The notes under the pieces: generated by a model
Told to the model about the DNA's origin: nothing
What the model saw: only the letters and a program-made list of their open reading frames with translations
Database searches by the model: none
Source: Clostridia bacterium
GTDB taxonomy: Bacteria; Bacillota; Clostridia; Christensenellales; CAG-917
DNA length: 64,000 nucleotides
NCBI GenBank assembly: GCA_017553325.1
Contig: JAFZMH010000006.1
Location: forward strand, 25,759-89,758
Direction of reading: 5' to 3'
Position numbers and translations under genes: made by a program
Part shown: in pieces, positions 8,572 through 17,819 of the stretch
How the letters are laid out: each line of letters begins with the position of its first letter
Position numbering within the stretch: position 1 is the first letter of the stretch

Positions 8572-10323
8572 ATGGAACTCAGAACACACACATGCGGTGA
8601 ACTTAGAGAATCGGACGCGGGCAAACGCGTCAAATTGTCAGGCTGGTTGTCGTCTATACGCGACCTCGGCTCTGTTATTTTCTTCGTGCTCCGCGACTAC
8701 TACGGCTATACGCAGGCAGTCGTCAGCGATGAAGAAAAGATGGCGCAAGTGAGAGCGATTCCGCGCGAGAGCACGGTTTCAATCGAAGGCGTCGTGGAAC
8801 TCAGAAGCGCCCCCAACAAGGATATGCCGACGGGTATGATTGAGATTTTGCCGGACAAAATCGAGTTGCTCGGCAAATGTTACGAGCAACTCCCCTTCGA
8901 GGTGGCGACGAGCACGCAATCTCGTGAGGACGTGCGCCTAAAATATCGTTTTCTCGACCTGCGCAACCCCGAAGTCAAAGAAAAGATTGTTTTCCGCTCT
9001 AAGGTCGTTAGCTGGCTGAGAGCGAAGATGGTGGAACTCGGCTTCTTGGAAATCACAACCCCGATTTTGACGTCCAGCTCTCCCGAGGGCGCGAGAGACT
9101 ATATCGTGCCGTCCAGACTTTATCCCGGACACTTCTACGCGCTTCCGCAAGCCCCGCAACAATACAAACAATTGCTTATGGCGAGCGGTTTCGACAGATA
9201 TTTCCAAATCGCGCCTTGTTTCAGAGACGAGGACGCGAGAGCGGACAGAAGTCCCGGCGAGTTTTATCAACTCGATACCGAAATGTGCTTTGCAACGCAA
9301 GAGGACGTTTTTGCCGTTATGGAGCAGGTGCTCAGCGGCGTCTTCAAAGAGTTTTCACCCAAGCACTACAAGGTTGACGAAGGTCCTTTCCGTCGCATAG
9401 CGTATCGCGACGCAATGCGCGACTACGGCACGGACAAGCCCGACCTCAGAAACCCGCTTCTTATCAAGGACGTGACGGACGTTCTCGAGGAGAAAGCCCC
9501 GTTCTTTGAAAAGGGCAAGACGATAAAGGCAATCGCGGTTCACAACTTTACCCAAACGAGAAAGTGGATAGACGCGCTCATCGAAAGGGCAAAACAAAAC
9601 GGCGCGAGCAATATGTATTGGTTCAAACTCGACGAAAACGGCGAAATCGCGGGCGGTATCGGCAAGTTCGTGGCGGACAGCAAAGCCGCGCTCGTCGAAA
9701 GGCTTGGCTTGAAGCCGAATTCTTTCGTCGCGGTGCTTGCAGAGGAGAGCGGAGTCGAAAAACAAGCCGGCTACGTGAGAACGGAACTCGGCGTTGGTCT
9801 CGACCTTCTCGAAAAGGACGCTTTCCGTTTTTGCTGGATAGTCGACTTCCCGATGTACGAATACGACGACGAGGGCAATCTCACTTTCTGCCACAACCCG
9901 TTCAGTATGCCGCAGGGCGGGCTCGACGCGCTCAACAATATGGAGCCGCTCGACATTCTCGCCTATCAATACGACAGCGTCGTCAACGGTGTGGAACTCT
10001 CTTCCGGCGCGGTGAGAAATCACGAACCCGCAATTATGGAAAAGGCGTTTGAAATCGTCGGCTACGGCAAGGACGTCATAGAGGAGAAATTTTCCGCTCT
10101 CTACAACGCGTTCAAATTCGGCGCGCCGCCGCACGCGGGTATCGCACCGGGCGTGGACAGAATCGTCATGCTTTTAAAGAACGAGACGAGTATAAGAGAA
10201 ATCATCACTTTCCCGATGGACAGAAACGCGAGAGACGTTTTGATGGGCGCACCGTCCACGGTCACCGAGAAGCAACTGAGAGAAGTTCACATCAGCATCA
10301 ATCTTCCAAAGGAAGAAAAATAA
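8572..10323 (+). CDS. aspS: aspartate--tRNA ligase
   Basis: RTHTCGELR, PEGARDY, CFRDEDARADR, GAPPHAGIAPGVDR; start at ATG 8572. Confidence 0.96.
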   Translation: MELRTHTCGELRESDAGKRVKLSGWLSSIRDLGSVIFFVLRDYYGYTQAVVSDEEKMAQVRAIPRESTVSIEGVVELRSAPNKDMPTGMIEILPDKIELLGKCYEQLPFEVATSTQSREDVRLKYRFLDLRNPEVKEKIVFRSKVVSWLRAKMVELGFLEITTPILTSSSPEGARDYIVPSRLYPGHFYALPQAPQQYKQLLMASGFDRYFQIAPCFRDEDARADRSPGEFYQLDTEMCFATQEDVFAVMEQVLSGVFKEFSPKHYKVDEGPFRRIAYRDAMRDYGTDKPDLRNPLLIKDVTDVLEEKAPFFEKGKTIKAIAVHNFTQTRKWIDALIERAKQNGASNMYWFKLDENGEIAGGIGKFVADSKAALVERLGLKPNSFVAVLAEESGVEKQAGYVRTELGVGLDLLEKDAFRFCWIVDFPMYEYDDEGNLTFCHNPFSMPQGGLDALNNMEPLDILAYQYDSVVNGVELSSGAVRNHEPAIMEKAFEIVGYGKDVIEEKFSALYNAFKFGAPPHAGIAPGVDRIVMLLKNETSIREIITFPMDRNARDVLMGAPSTVTEKQLREVHISINLPKEEK

Positions 10324-10409
10324 TTGCAAAGGCAGAGCCTTTGCTCAATCTAGAAAAAATAAAACATAGATAGAACAATCGCGCCGAAAGGCGCAAAAAA
10401 GGGTAATTT

Positions 10410-11828
10410 ATGAAAAAGAAAATTGTTTTGATTTTCACAGCTATCGCACTCGTCGCAGTGCTCGCTTCCTGTCTTGTTGCTTGCAACAAGGGTTTTGAGT
10501 GGAAGGCTGTCGGCGGCGGAGACGCAAACGCGCAAGTCGAGTCAAACGGCGGATATCTCGTCAAACAAGGCGATTATATCTACTTTATCAACGGCTACGT
10601 CGGCAGTGACGCCGACAACACGTTCGGCACTCCCGTCAAACAATCCATCGTCCGCGTCAAACTCAAAGCGGACGGCACGCCCGACAACGATACCGCAGTC
10701 GTAATCGCTCCGAAGAGCGTCTACAACTCCGCAAAGAAGGACGGTATCGCGATATACGGCGACTGGATTTACTACGTCACCAACAACTATGCCAAGGACA
10801 AGAACGGCAAGGCGTCCACGACGGACAGCGACTTTATGCGCACAAAGATCGACGGCTCGGCAACGCAACTCATTGCGACCATCTCTTCGAGAAGCGTGGA
10901 ATATTTCTTCACTCCGACGAGAGTTTGGTACTTTGAAAGCAACACGCTTTCCTACGTTGATTTCTCCGGCATGAAGAACGACGGCGACGTCACCAACGGC
11001 AAGGGCGCGACGAGCGGCAGTCTCGACGCAACCGTTTCATCCGTCGTTTGGAGCTACGGCGTCAACAAAATCTTCTATACGAGAAGCGCAAAGAACAACA
11101 CGACGTCTATGAGCTACAACGAGCTTTGCTCGATTGATTTGAACGGCGCAAACGACAAGGTCCTCGCAACGATTGACACATACGTGGCGGAAGGCAAACA
11201 GCCGACTGAAGACCAACAAAACGTCTTTACGTTTACGCTTCTCGGCGTGGCGGCAGAAGCCGACGACGCGGCGACCGTCTACTACACCAAGACGTACACA
11301 ATCGAAAGTTCGAAGAACGCAGGTCTCTTTATGAGCAAGGTCGCAAAGAACGCAAACTCCTTGGACGTCCAGTCGGAAAAACATCTCACGACTTATGCCG
11401 TGACGACGCTCTATCCGCTCGGCTATGCAGAGGGTGCGCTTGCCTACAATTCGCAAAGCGAATACTATTGGTTTAGCGGCGCGAACGACGACGAGCATCC
11501 CGCGCTCAAAGTGACGGACAGCTCAAAGACGATTTGGTTTGTGAAAGCAGGCTATGCCTATTACACGGACAGTTCTTCCGCTTCGACGCTCTACAAGATT
11601 CCGTACAAAGAAGCCGCCAACACGACCGTTTTGTTTGAAGAGAGCATGAAAGTCGATTGGCTCCCGCTTGACACCGCGGGCAACAACCTCTACTTCTTTG
11701 CGACGAACGACAACAACTACGTCCACTACATCGATTATACGACGTTTAATAAGGACGCAGAGGACGCAAAGAGCACTATGGTCGGCATCTATCTCGACAG
11801 CGAAAAACCGACGGAAGACGAAGAATAA
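10410..11828 (+). CDS. lipoprotein, probable beta-propeller (DUF5050-like)
   Basis: Signal peptide with LVAC lipobox; repeated GDYIYF / GDWIYY / GNNLYF blade-like motifs. Confidence 0.6.
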   Translation: MKKKIVLIFTAIALVAVLASCLVACNKGFEWKAVGGGDANAQVESNGGYLVKQGDYIYFINGYVGSDADNTFGTPVKQSIVRVKLKADGTPDNDTAVVIAPKSVYNSAKKDGIAIYGDWIYYVTNNYAKDKNGKASTTDSDFMRTKIDGSATQLIATISSRSVEYFFTPTRVWYFESNTLSYVDFSGMKNDGDVTNGKGATSGSLDATVSSVVWSYGVNKIFYTRSAKNNTTSMSYNELCSIDLNGANDKVLATIDTYVAEGKQPTEDQQNVFTFTLLGVAAEADDAATVYYTKTYTIESSKNAGLFMSKVAKNANSLDVQSEKHLTTYAVTTLYPLGYAEGALAYNSQSEYYWFSGANDDEHPALKVTDSSKTIWFVKAGYAYYTDSSSASTLYKIPYKEAANTTVLFEESMKVDWLPLDTAGNNLYFFATNDNNYVHYIDYTTFNKDAEDAKSTMVGIYLDSEKPTEDEE

Positions 11829-11831
11829 AAA

Positions 11832-12560
11832 ATGACAAAAACCCTTTTCGTTACGGGCGGTAGTCGCGGTATAGGCGAAGCCGTCGTCAGGCGCGCGGCA
11901 GGGAAGTACAACGTGGTTTTCACCTATCGCGCGAACAGAGAACTCGCCGAGAAACTCGAAAGAGAACTCGGCAGTCTCGGCGTGGTCGCCGTTTGTTGCG
12001 ACGTGCGCGATGAAACTTCCGTAAAACGCGCGGTGGAGTTCGCCAAAAAACGCTTCGGCAAAATCGACGTACTCGTCAACAACGTCGGCGTTTCAAAGAG
12101 CGGACTTCTCGTCGATATGGACGAAGGGGAGTGGGACGACGTCTTTGACGTCAACGCGAAAGGCGCGTTTTTGACGTCCAAGGCGGTGCTTCCCGATATG
12201 TTGTCCGCAAGAAGAGGGGCAATCGTCAACGTTTCTTCAATTTGGGGGCAGGTCGGCGCAAGTTGCGAGGTGGCATATTCCGCTTCGAAGGCGGCGGTCA
12301 TAGGGTTTACGAAGGCGCTCGCAAAAGAGGTTGCGCCTATGGGCGTGCGTGTCAACGCGGTTGCTCCCGGCGCAGTCGATACGGATATGATGAAAGAGTA
12401 TTCTCAATGCGAAATCGAGGATATTTGCAAAGAAATTCCGCTCGGCAGACTCGCCCGTCCCGAAGAAATCGCAGACGCGATACTTTTCCTTGTGGAAAAC
12501 GAATATATTACGGGCACTACGCTCGCCGTAAACGGCGGCTGGCACACTTTGTGTGATTAA
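11832..12560 (+). CDS. short-chain dehydrogenase/reductase (FabG/YmfI-like)
   Basis: TGGSRGIG, NNVG, YSASK catalytic motif, NAVAPG. Confidence 0.9.
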   Translation: MTKTLFVTGGSRGIGEAVVRRAAGKYNVVFTYRANRELAEKLERELGSLGVVAVCCDVRDETSVKRAVEFAKKRFGKIDVLVNNVGVSKSGLLVDMDEGEWDDVFDVNAKGAFLTSKAVLPDMLSARRGAIVNVSSIWGQVGASCEVAYSASKAAVIGFTKALAKEVAPMGVRVNAVAPGAVDTDMMKEYSQCEIEDICKEIPLGRLARPEEIADAILFLVENEYITGTTLAVNGGWHTLCD

Positions 12561-13280
12561 ATGCATAAAAAACAAATGAACTTGACAAAAAAAATCACGT
12601 CTCAAATATTCGAAGGCATACTCGCAGGGCTCATGATAACGATAGGCTGTTGCGTCTATCTCGCGTGCGCCAAAGACGGTGGTATCGCGGGCAAAGTAGC
12701 CGGCGCGGTCATATTCTCCGTCGGGTTGCTCGCCGTTTGCTACTTTGGGTTCTCGCTCTATACGGGCAGAATAGGGTTTATTATCGCAAGCCACTCGAAG
12801 GACGACGTTTCCGCGCTCCTCTTGGGACTTCTCGGCAACGTCATCGCGGCAGCCGTGTTCGGCATAGCGATTGGCTACGCAATACCTTCGCTTCGCGAAA
12901 CTGCGCTCGCCGCTTGCAACGCAAGGCTCGAGCAGGAGTGGTGGCAAACGCTTCTGCGCGGTATAGGGTGCGGAATTTTGATGTACGTCGCAGTCGGCAT
13001 TTTCAAAGAGAAGAAGAGCCCGCTTGGCATAGTGTTTGCAATTCCCGCATTCATTCTCGCGGGGTTTGAGCACTCTATCGCCGATATGGGCTATTTTGCA
13101 ATCGCGGGCAGTTATTCCGCAAAGGCGTTCGGGTTTATTTGGATAGTCATACTCGGCAATTCCATCGGCGCTTGGATAATTCCTCTTTTGCGACTCGTAA
13201 AACCAAATAAAGACGCTATAGCCCCGCAAGAACAGGCTATGCCTGAAAATCAAACACAACAAAATCAAAACCAAATCTAA
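12561..13280 (+). CDS. formate/nitrite transporter family channel
   Basis: Hydrophobic; LYTG, GFEHSIADM and GNSIG FNT motifs. Confidence 0.85.
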   Translation: MHKKQMNLTKKITSQIFEGILAGLMITIGCCVYLACAKDGGIAGKVAGAVIFSVGLLAVCYFGFSLYTGRIGFIIASHSKDDVSALLLGLLGNVIAAAVFGIAIGYAIPSLRETALAACNARLEQEWWQTLLRGIGCGILMYVAVGIFKEKKSPLGIVFAIPAFILAGFEHSIADMGYFAIAGSYSAKAFGFIWIVILGNSIGAWIIPLLRLVKPNKDAIAPQEQAMPENQTQQNQNQI

Positions 13281-13307
13281 AATATAACCTTTTTAAGGAG
13301 ACATAAA

Positions 13308-14987
13308 ATGCCAACCTACAAGAGTGATATTGAAATAGCGCAAGAATGCAAGATGAAGCCGATTTTTGAAATTGCAAAGACGGCAGGTATCAACGATAAA
13401 TATATCGAGCAATACGGCAGATACAAAGCCAAAGTCGATTTGAGCCTTCTTGACGAAGTCAAGCGTCCGGACGGAAAGCTCGTGCTCGTCACCGCAATCA
13501 CGCCGACTCCGGCGGGCGAGGGTAAGACGACCACTACGATAGGTCTTGCGGACGGTTTGAAGCGTATCGGCAAAAACGTCATCGTGGCACTTAGAGAACC
13601 GTCTCTCGGCCCCGTGTTCGGCGTCAAGGGAGGCGCTGCCGGCGGTGGATACGCGCAGGTCGTGCCGATGGAGGACATCAATCTCCATTTCACGGGTGAT
13701 TTTCACGCGATAGGCGCCGCAAACAACCTGCTTGCCGCAATGCTTGACAACCATATTCAACAGGGCAATGCCTTGGGCATTGACGTCCGCAAAATCACCT
13801 GGAAGCGTTGCGTCGATATGAACGACCGTCAACTCCGTTTCATCGTGGACGGACTCGGCGGAAAGGCAAACGGCGTTCCGCGCGAGGACGGCTTTGACAT
13901 CACCGTCGCAAGCGAGATTATGGCGGTGCTTTGCCTTTCAAATTCAATCACAGACCTTAAAGAAAGACTTGCAAGAATAATCGTCGGCTACACCTACGAC
14001 GACAAGCCTGTCACCTGTGGAGAGCTCAAAGCGGCGGGCGCAATGGCAGCGCTCTTGAAGGACGCGTTGAAACCAAATCTCGTGCAGACGCTCGAGGGCA
14101 CGCCCGCGTTCGTACACGGCGGACCGTTTGCGAATATCGCTCACGGGTGCAACTCCGTGACGGCAACGCGTTGCGCAATGCGCCTCGGCGACTACTGCGT
14201 GACGGAAGCGGGCTTCGGCGCAGACCTCGGCGCGGAGAAATTCCTCGACATCAAGTGCCGCATGGCAAATCTTACGCCATCCGCAGTTGTGGTCGTGGCA
14301 ACCGTGCGCGCGCTCAAGATGCACGGCGGACTTGACAAAAAATCTCTTGCAACGGAAGATTTGAGTGCGTTAGAACGCGGAATCCCCAATCTTTTGAAGC
14401 ACGTCTCCAACATCAAAAACGTCTACAAACTCCCGTGCGTGGTAGCGGTCAACCGCTTCCCGACCGACACGGACAAAGAGATAGAATTTATCATCGCGAA
14501 GTGCCGTGAACTCGGCGTCAACGTCGTGTTGTCCACGGTTTGGGCAGACGGCGGAAAGGGCGGTGAAGACCTCGCTCGCGAAGTCGTGCGTCTTTGCGAA
14601 GAGGAGAAAGGGGATTTCACCTTCTCATACGGCGACGATATGCCCATCGAAGAGAAAATCAACGCAGTCGTCAAAAAGGTCTACGGCGGCGACGGCATAA
14701 TCTTGATGCCAAACGCCAAAAAGCAAATCGAAACGCTTACAGCGCTCGGCTTTGACAAGTGCCCAGTCTGCATTGCAAAGACGCAGTACAGCCTCTCCGA
14801 CGACCCGACAAAACTCGGTGCACCGCAAGGCTTCAAGGTGACGGTCAAAAACGTCAAAGTTTCAGCTGGCGCCGGCTTTATCGTGGTGCTAACAGGAGAT
14901 ATTATGACAATGCCGGGACTTCCAAAGGTTCCTGCCGCCGAAAAAATCGATGTTTTGGCAGATGGCAGAATCGTCGGTCTGTTCTAA
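13308..14987 (+). CDS. fhs: formate--tetrahydrofolate ligase
   Basis: [39 protein letters not shown]. Confidence 0.97.
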   Translation: MPTYKSDIEIAQECKMKPIFEIAKTAGINDKYIEQYGRYKAKVDLSLLDEVKRPDGKLVLVTAITPTPAGEGKTTTTIGLADGLKRIGKNVIVALREPSLGPVFGVKGGAAGGGYAQVVPMEDINLHFTGDFHAIGAANNLLAAMLDNHIQQGNALGIDVRKITWKRCVDMNDRQLRFIVDGLGGKANGVPREDGFDITVASEIMAVLCLSNSITDLKERLARIIVGYTYDDKPVTCGELKAAGAMAALLKDALKPNLVQTLEGTPAFVHGGPFANIAHGCNSVTATRCAMRLGDYCVTEAGFGADLGAEKFLDIKCRMANLTPSAVVVVATVRALKMHGGLDKKSLATEDLSALERGIPNLLKHVSNIKNVYKLPCVVAVNRFPTDTDKEIEFIIAKCRELGVNVVLSTVWADGGKGGEDLAREVVRLCEEEKGDFTFSYGDDMPIEEKINAVVKKVYGGDGIILMPNAKKQIETLTALGFDKCPVCIAKTQYSLSDDPTKLGAPQGFKVTVKNVKVSAGAGFIVVLTGDIMTMPGLPKVPAAEKIDVLADGRIVGLF

Positions 14988-15050
14988 AAACCACATGATA
15001 TGGCGACCTAATACGTCGGGCAGAATGTAAAGAGAATAATATTTTTTATT

Positions 15051-15091
15051 GCAAAAGGAAAAGCGTGTCGTCGGCACGCTTTTCCTTTTGC
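15051..15091. terminator. bidirectional intrinsic terminator between fhs and the macro-domain gene
   Basis: GCAAAAGGAAAAGCGTG...CACGCTTTTCCTTTTGC inverted repeat between convergent genes. Confidence 0.75.
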
Positions 15092-15092
15092 A

Positions 15093-15596
15093 TTATTTCA
15101 CTTGAAAGCCTAAATCTTTTGCAGTGTCAATCACCGTTTTGTCAAACAAGACGAGGTAGATTTGCATATCGTTGTCTTTTAAAAACAGATTGATTTCTTC
15201 TACGGCGATATTTAGGGCGTCGGCTTTCGGGTAGCCGTACACGCCTGCGGAGACGAGGGGGAAGGCTATGCTCTTGAGCCCGCGGTCTCTTGCAATCGCA
15301 AGAGATTTTTGATAGCAGGAGCGGAGAAGCGTCTCTTCGCCCGCTTTTCCTCCTCGCCAGACGGGTCCTACAGTGTGGATGACGTATTTGCAGGGCAGGT
15401 TGTAGGCTCCCGTGATTTTGGCGTCTCCCGTCTTGCATCCGCCCAGCGTCCTGCATTCTTCAAGCAGTCCGCGCCCTGCGGCTCTGTGTATTGCGCCGTC
15501 CACTCCGCCTCCGCCGAGCAAACTGTTGTTTGCGGCGTTGACAATCGCGTCGCACTCGATTTTGGTTATGTCTCCCACAACAATTTCAAACGCCAT
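15093..15596 (-). CDS. macro domain O-acetyl-ADP-ribose deacetylase (YmdB-like)
   Basis: [37 protein letters not shown]. Confidence 0.92.
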   Translation of the reverse strand: MAFEIVVGDITKIECDAIVNAANNSLLGGGGVDGAIHRAAGRGLLEECRTLGGCKTGDAKITGAYNLPCKYVIHTVGPVWRGGKAGEETLLRSCYQKSLAIARDRGLKSIAFPLVSAGVYGYPKADALNIAVEEINLFLKDNDMQIYLVLFDKTVIDTAKDLGFQVK

Positions 15597-15884
15597 ATTT
15601 CACCTCGTCTTTATAATAGCACAAACGAGCCGTATTTTCCATAGGTTTTTGATTTTACAGCGATTTGCGAGCTTGAATATTGAATAGTACTCCACAACTT
15701 ACGCTCTGCACGCAGAGGTTCGCGCGCAAAAGGAGCGTGCCGCGGTTTTGCGGCACAGAGGATGCCAAGGTGCATTAGCGCATAACCAAACGAAAGATCG
15801 CGCGGTTAAAGAATCAAACTAAAAGCGCGTTAGCGCGAAGGCCACCAAAAATGCGTACAAACATAGGTTGCGCTTTAGAAAAAC

Positions 15885-15940
15885 AAAAAGCGTACCAGAT
15901 GGTATGCTTTTTTGGTAGAAAACGGTTAATCAAAAAAGAA
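15885..15940 (-). mobile_element. distal degenerate att-like site (tRNA-Ile 3'-end remnant plus a terminator)
   Basis: 15913-15940 matches 27200-27227 at 22/28 nt, ungapped; adjacent hairpin AAAAAGCGTACC-AGAT-GGTATGCTTTTT. Confidence 0.5.
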
Positions 15941-15976
15941 GTGATTATATTAAGTATTTTTTCCACAAAGTCGGTT

Positions 15977-16891
15977 TCAATCGTTTATTATATAGATTTT
16001 GTCTTCGGGGCGGACTATGCCCGATGATAGGACGCGGGTGAAGATGCCTTCCTTTGGCATAATGCAGGTGCCGACCGTGCGGGCGACCTCGCAGCCGTCT
16101 GAGGCGTGGCACTTTTTGCCGATTTGAGTGACGACGTGGAGTGTCTCGCCGATGAGGAGTTTAGTGCCGACCGGGAGAGTGTGAAGCGTGATGCCCTCCG
16201 TGGTGAAATTCTCGGCAAACTTGCCGAAGCAGAGCCCCGAGACGCCGAGTGCGCGCATTTTGTCAATGCTCTCTTCGCCGAGCAAACTGATTTGACGTTT
16301 GCTGCCGCGTTCAGCGTGGCTATCTCCGACGATGCCGAAATCCGCAATGAGATCGACGCCGTCAACCGAATGCTTGACCGTACCTTTCGTTTCGCTGATA
16401 TTCGTGGCTTTGACGAAGCCTTGACGTTCGCCTTTGACGTATAATCCGCTCTTGCCGCCCTCTTTGTAGACGAGAGTGATGTTTGAGATTGTCATCGCCT
16501 TGTCGACGGCTTTTAGCATATCGTAGATTGTGAGCGTGGCGACGGATACGGCTGTCAACGCCTCCATTTCAACGCCTGTTTCGCTGTTGGCGGACGCCGT
16601 GGCGGTGACAAAGATTTCGTCATCGCTCATCGCAAAATCGATTTTGACGCAGGAGATGAAGATATTGTGGCAGAGGGGGATGAGCTCGCTCGTCTTTTTG
16701 GCTCCTTGAATGCCCGCTATACGCGCGGTGTTGAAAACGTCGCCCTTCGGCGTATTGCCGTTTTTTATGAGCGCGATTGTCTCGGGAGCGGTTTTGACGC
16801 TGCCGAAAGCTATGGCTTTGCGTTCCGTTTTGGCTTTGCCGCCGACGTCAACCATTTTTGCGCCGTTTTCGTCCAAATGTGTAAACTCCAT
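15977..16891 (-). CDS. moaC: MoaC-MOSC domain fusion
   Basis: N-terminal FTH...MVDV, LIPLCH, TGVEMEAL, YDMLK; C-terminal MOSC (GDSH, FAENF, QIGKKCH, CIMPKEG). Confidence 0.9.
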   Translation of the reverse strand: MEFTHLDENGAKMVDVGGKAKTERKAIAFGSVKTAPETIALIKNGNTPKGDVFNTARIAGIQGAKKTSELIPLCHNIFISCVKIDFAMSDDEIFVTATASANSETGVEMEALTAVSVATLTIYDMLKAVDKAMTISNITLVYKEGGKSGLYVKGERQGFVKATNISETKGTVKHSVDGVDLIADFGIVGDSHAERGSKRQISLLGEESIDKMRALGVSGLCFGKFAENFTTEGITLHTLPVGTKLLIGETLHVVTQIGKKCHASDGCEVARTVGTCIMPKEGIFTRVLSSGIVRPEDKIYIIND

Positions 16892-16892
16892 A

Positions 16893-17819
16893 TTATCCTC
16901 CGATATAATTCATGCGTCTTGTCTGCATCTTGCCGCCGTCTATGTTGTGGCAGAATGGTTTTTGAGATATCGCTTCTTTGATTGCGTCTTCGACGTTGCC
17001 GTCTTTTAGATACGGCTTTACGTCGATTTCGCCCTCGCCATGCAGGCAGGGGAGCAGTTTGCCGTCCGACGTCAGACGCAGACGGTTGCACTCCGCGCAA
17101 AACTTGTTGGAGAGAGGACGAATGAAGCCGACTCTCTTGCCGTCCGCGAAAGAGTAGTATTCCGCGTTGCCGACTGTCTCCACAAGCGTCAGGCCGTATC
17201 TGTCGATAACTTCCGTGGCGGATATGCCGAATTTGTCGTATGCGTTGTTTTCGGCGAAGGGCATGAGTTCGATAAATCTAAGCGTCACGCCCATATCGCT
17301 TGCAAAATCTGCAAATTCTTTGACGCTGTCGTCGTTTATGCCACGCATAAGCACGGCGTTGACCTTGACGTTGTCGACGTTTTTCTTGGCGGCGACAAGC
17401 CCCGCGATCGCATCGTCAAGATTGCCATCCATTGTGATGAAGCGATATTTGTCGCGGTCAAGCGTGTCGATGCTGACGTTGACGAGAGATACGACGTCTT
17501 TCAATCTGTCGATATGTTCGGGCAGATATACGCCGTTGGTGGTGAGTCCGATCTCAAGGTCAAGTTCACGTCCCACACGTTCTATGAGAGAGACGGCACC
17601 TCTTCTGACGAGCGGTTCGCCGCCCGTGAAGCGCACCTTTTTGCCGCCGAGAGATTTGAACGCGCTTATCACGTCGAAGGTCTCTTCGAGCGTAAGCAAA
17701 TCCGCGTGGGATTTTTTCTCCACGCCGCGCTCTTTCATGCAATACCTGCAACGATAGTTGCAAAGGTCGGTGAGAGACACTCTAAGATAGGTTATTTCTC
17801 TTTGGAACGTATCTTTCAT
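16893..17819 (-). CDS. moaA: GTP 3',8-cyclase MoaA
   Basis: CNYRCRYC radical-SAM motif, FTGGEP, FCAECNRLR, C-terminal IGG. Confidence 0.95.
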   Translation of the reverse strand: MKDTFQREITYLRVSLTDLCNYRCRYCMKERGVEKKSHADLLTLEETFDVISAFKSLGGKKVRFTGGEPLVRRGAVSLIERVGRELDLEIGLTTNGVYLPEHIDRLKDVVSLVNVSIDTLDRDKYRFITMDGNLDDAIAGLVAAKKNVDNVKVNAVLMRGINDDSVKEFADFASDMGVTLRFIELMPFAENNAYDKFGISATEVIDRYGLTLVETVGNAEYYSFADGKRVGFIRPLSNKFCAECNRLRLTSDGKLLPCLHGEGEIDVKPYLKDGNVEDAIKEAISQKPFCHNIDGGKMQTRRMNYIGG

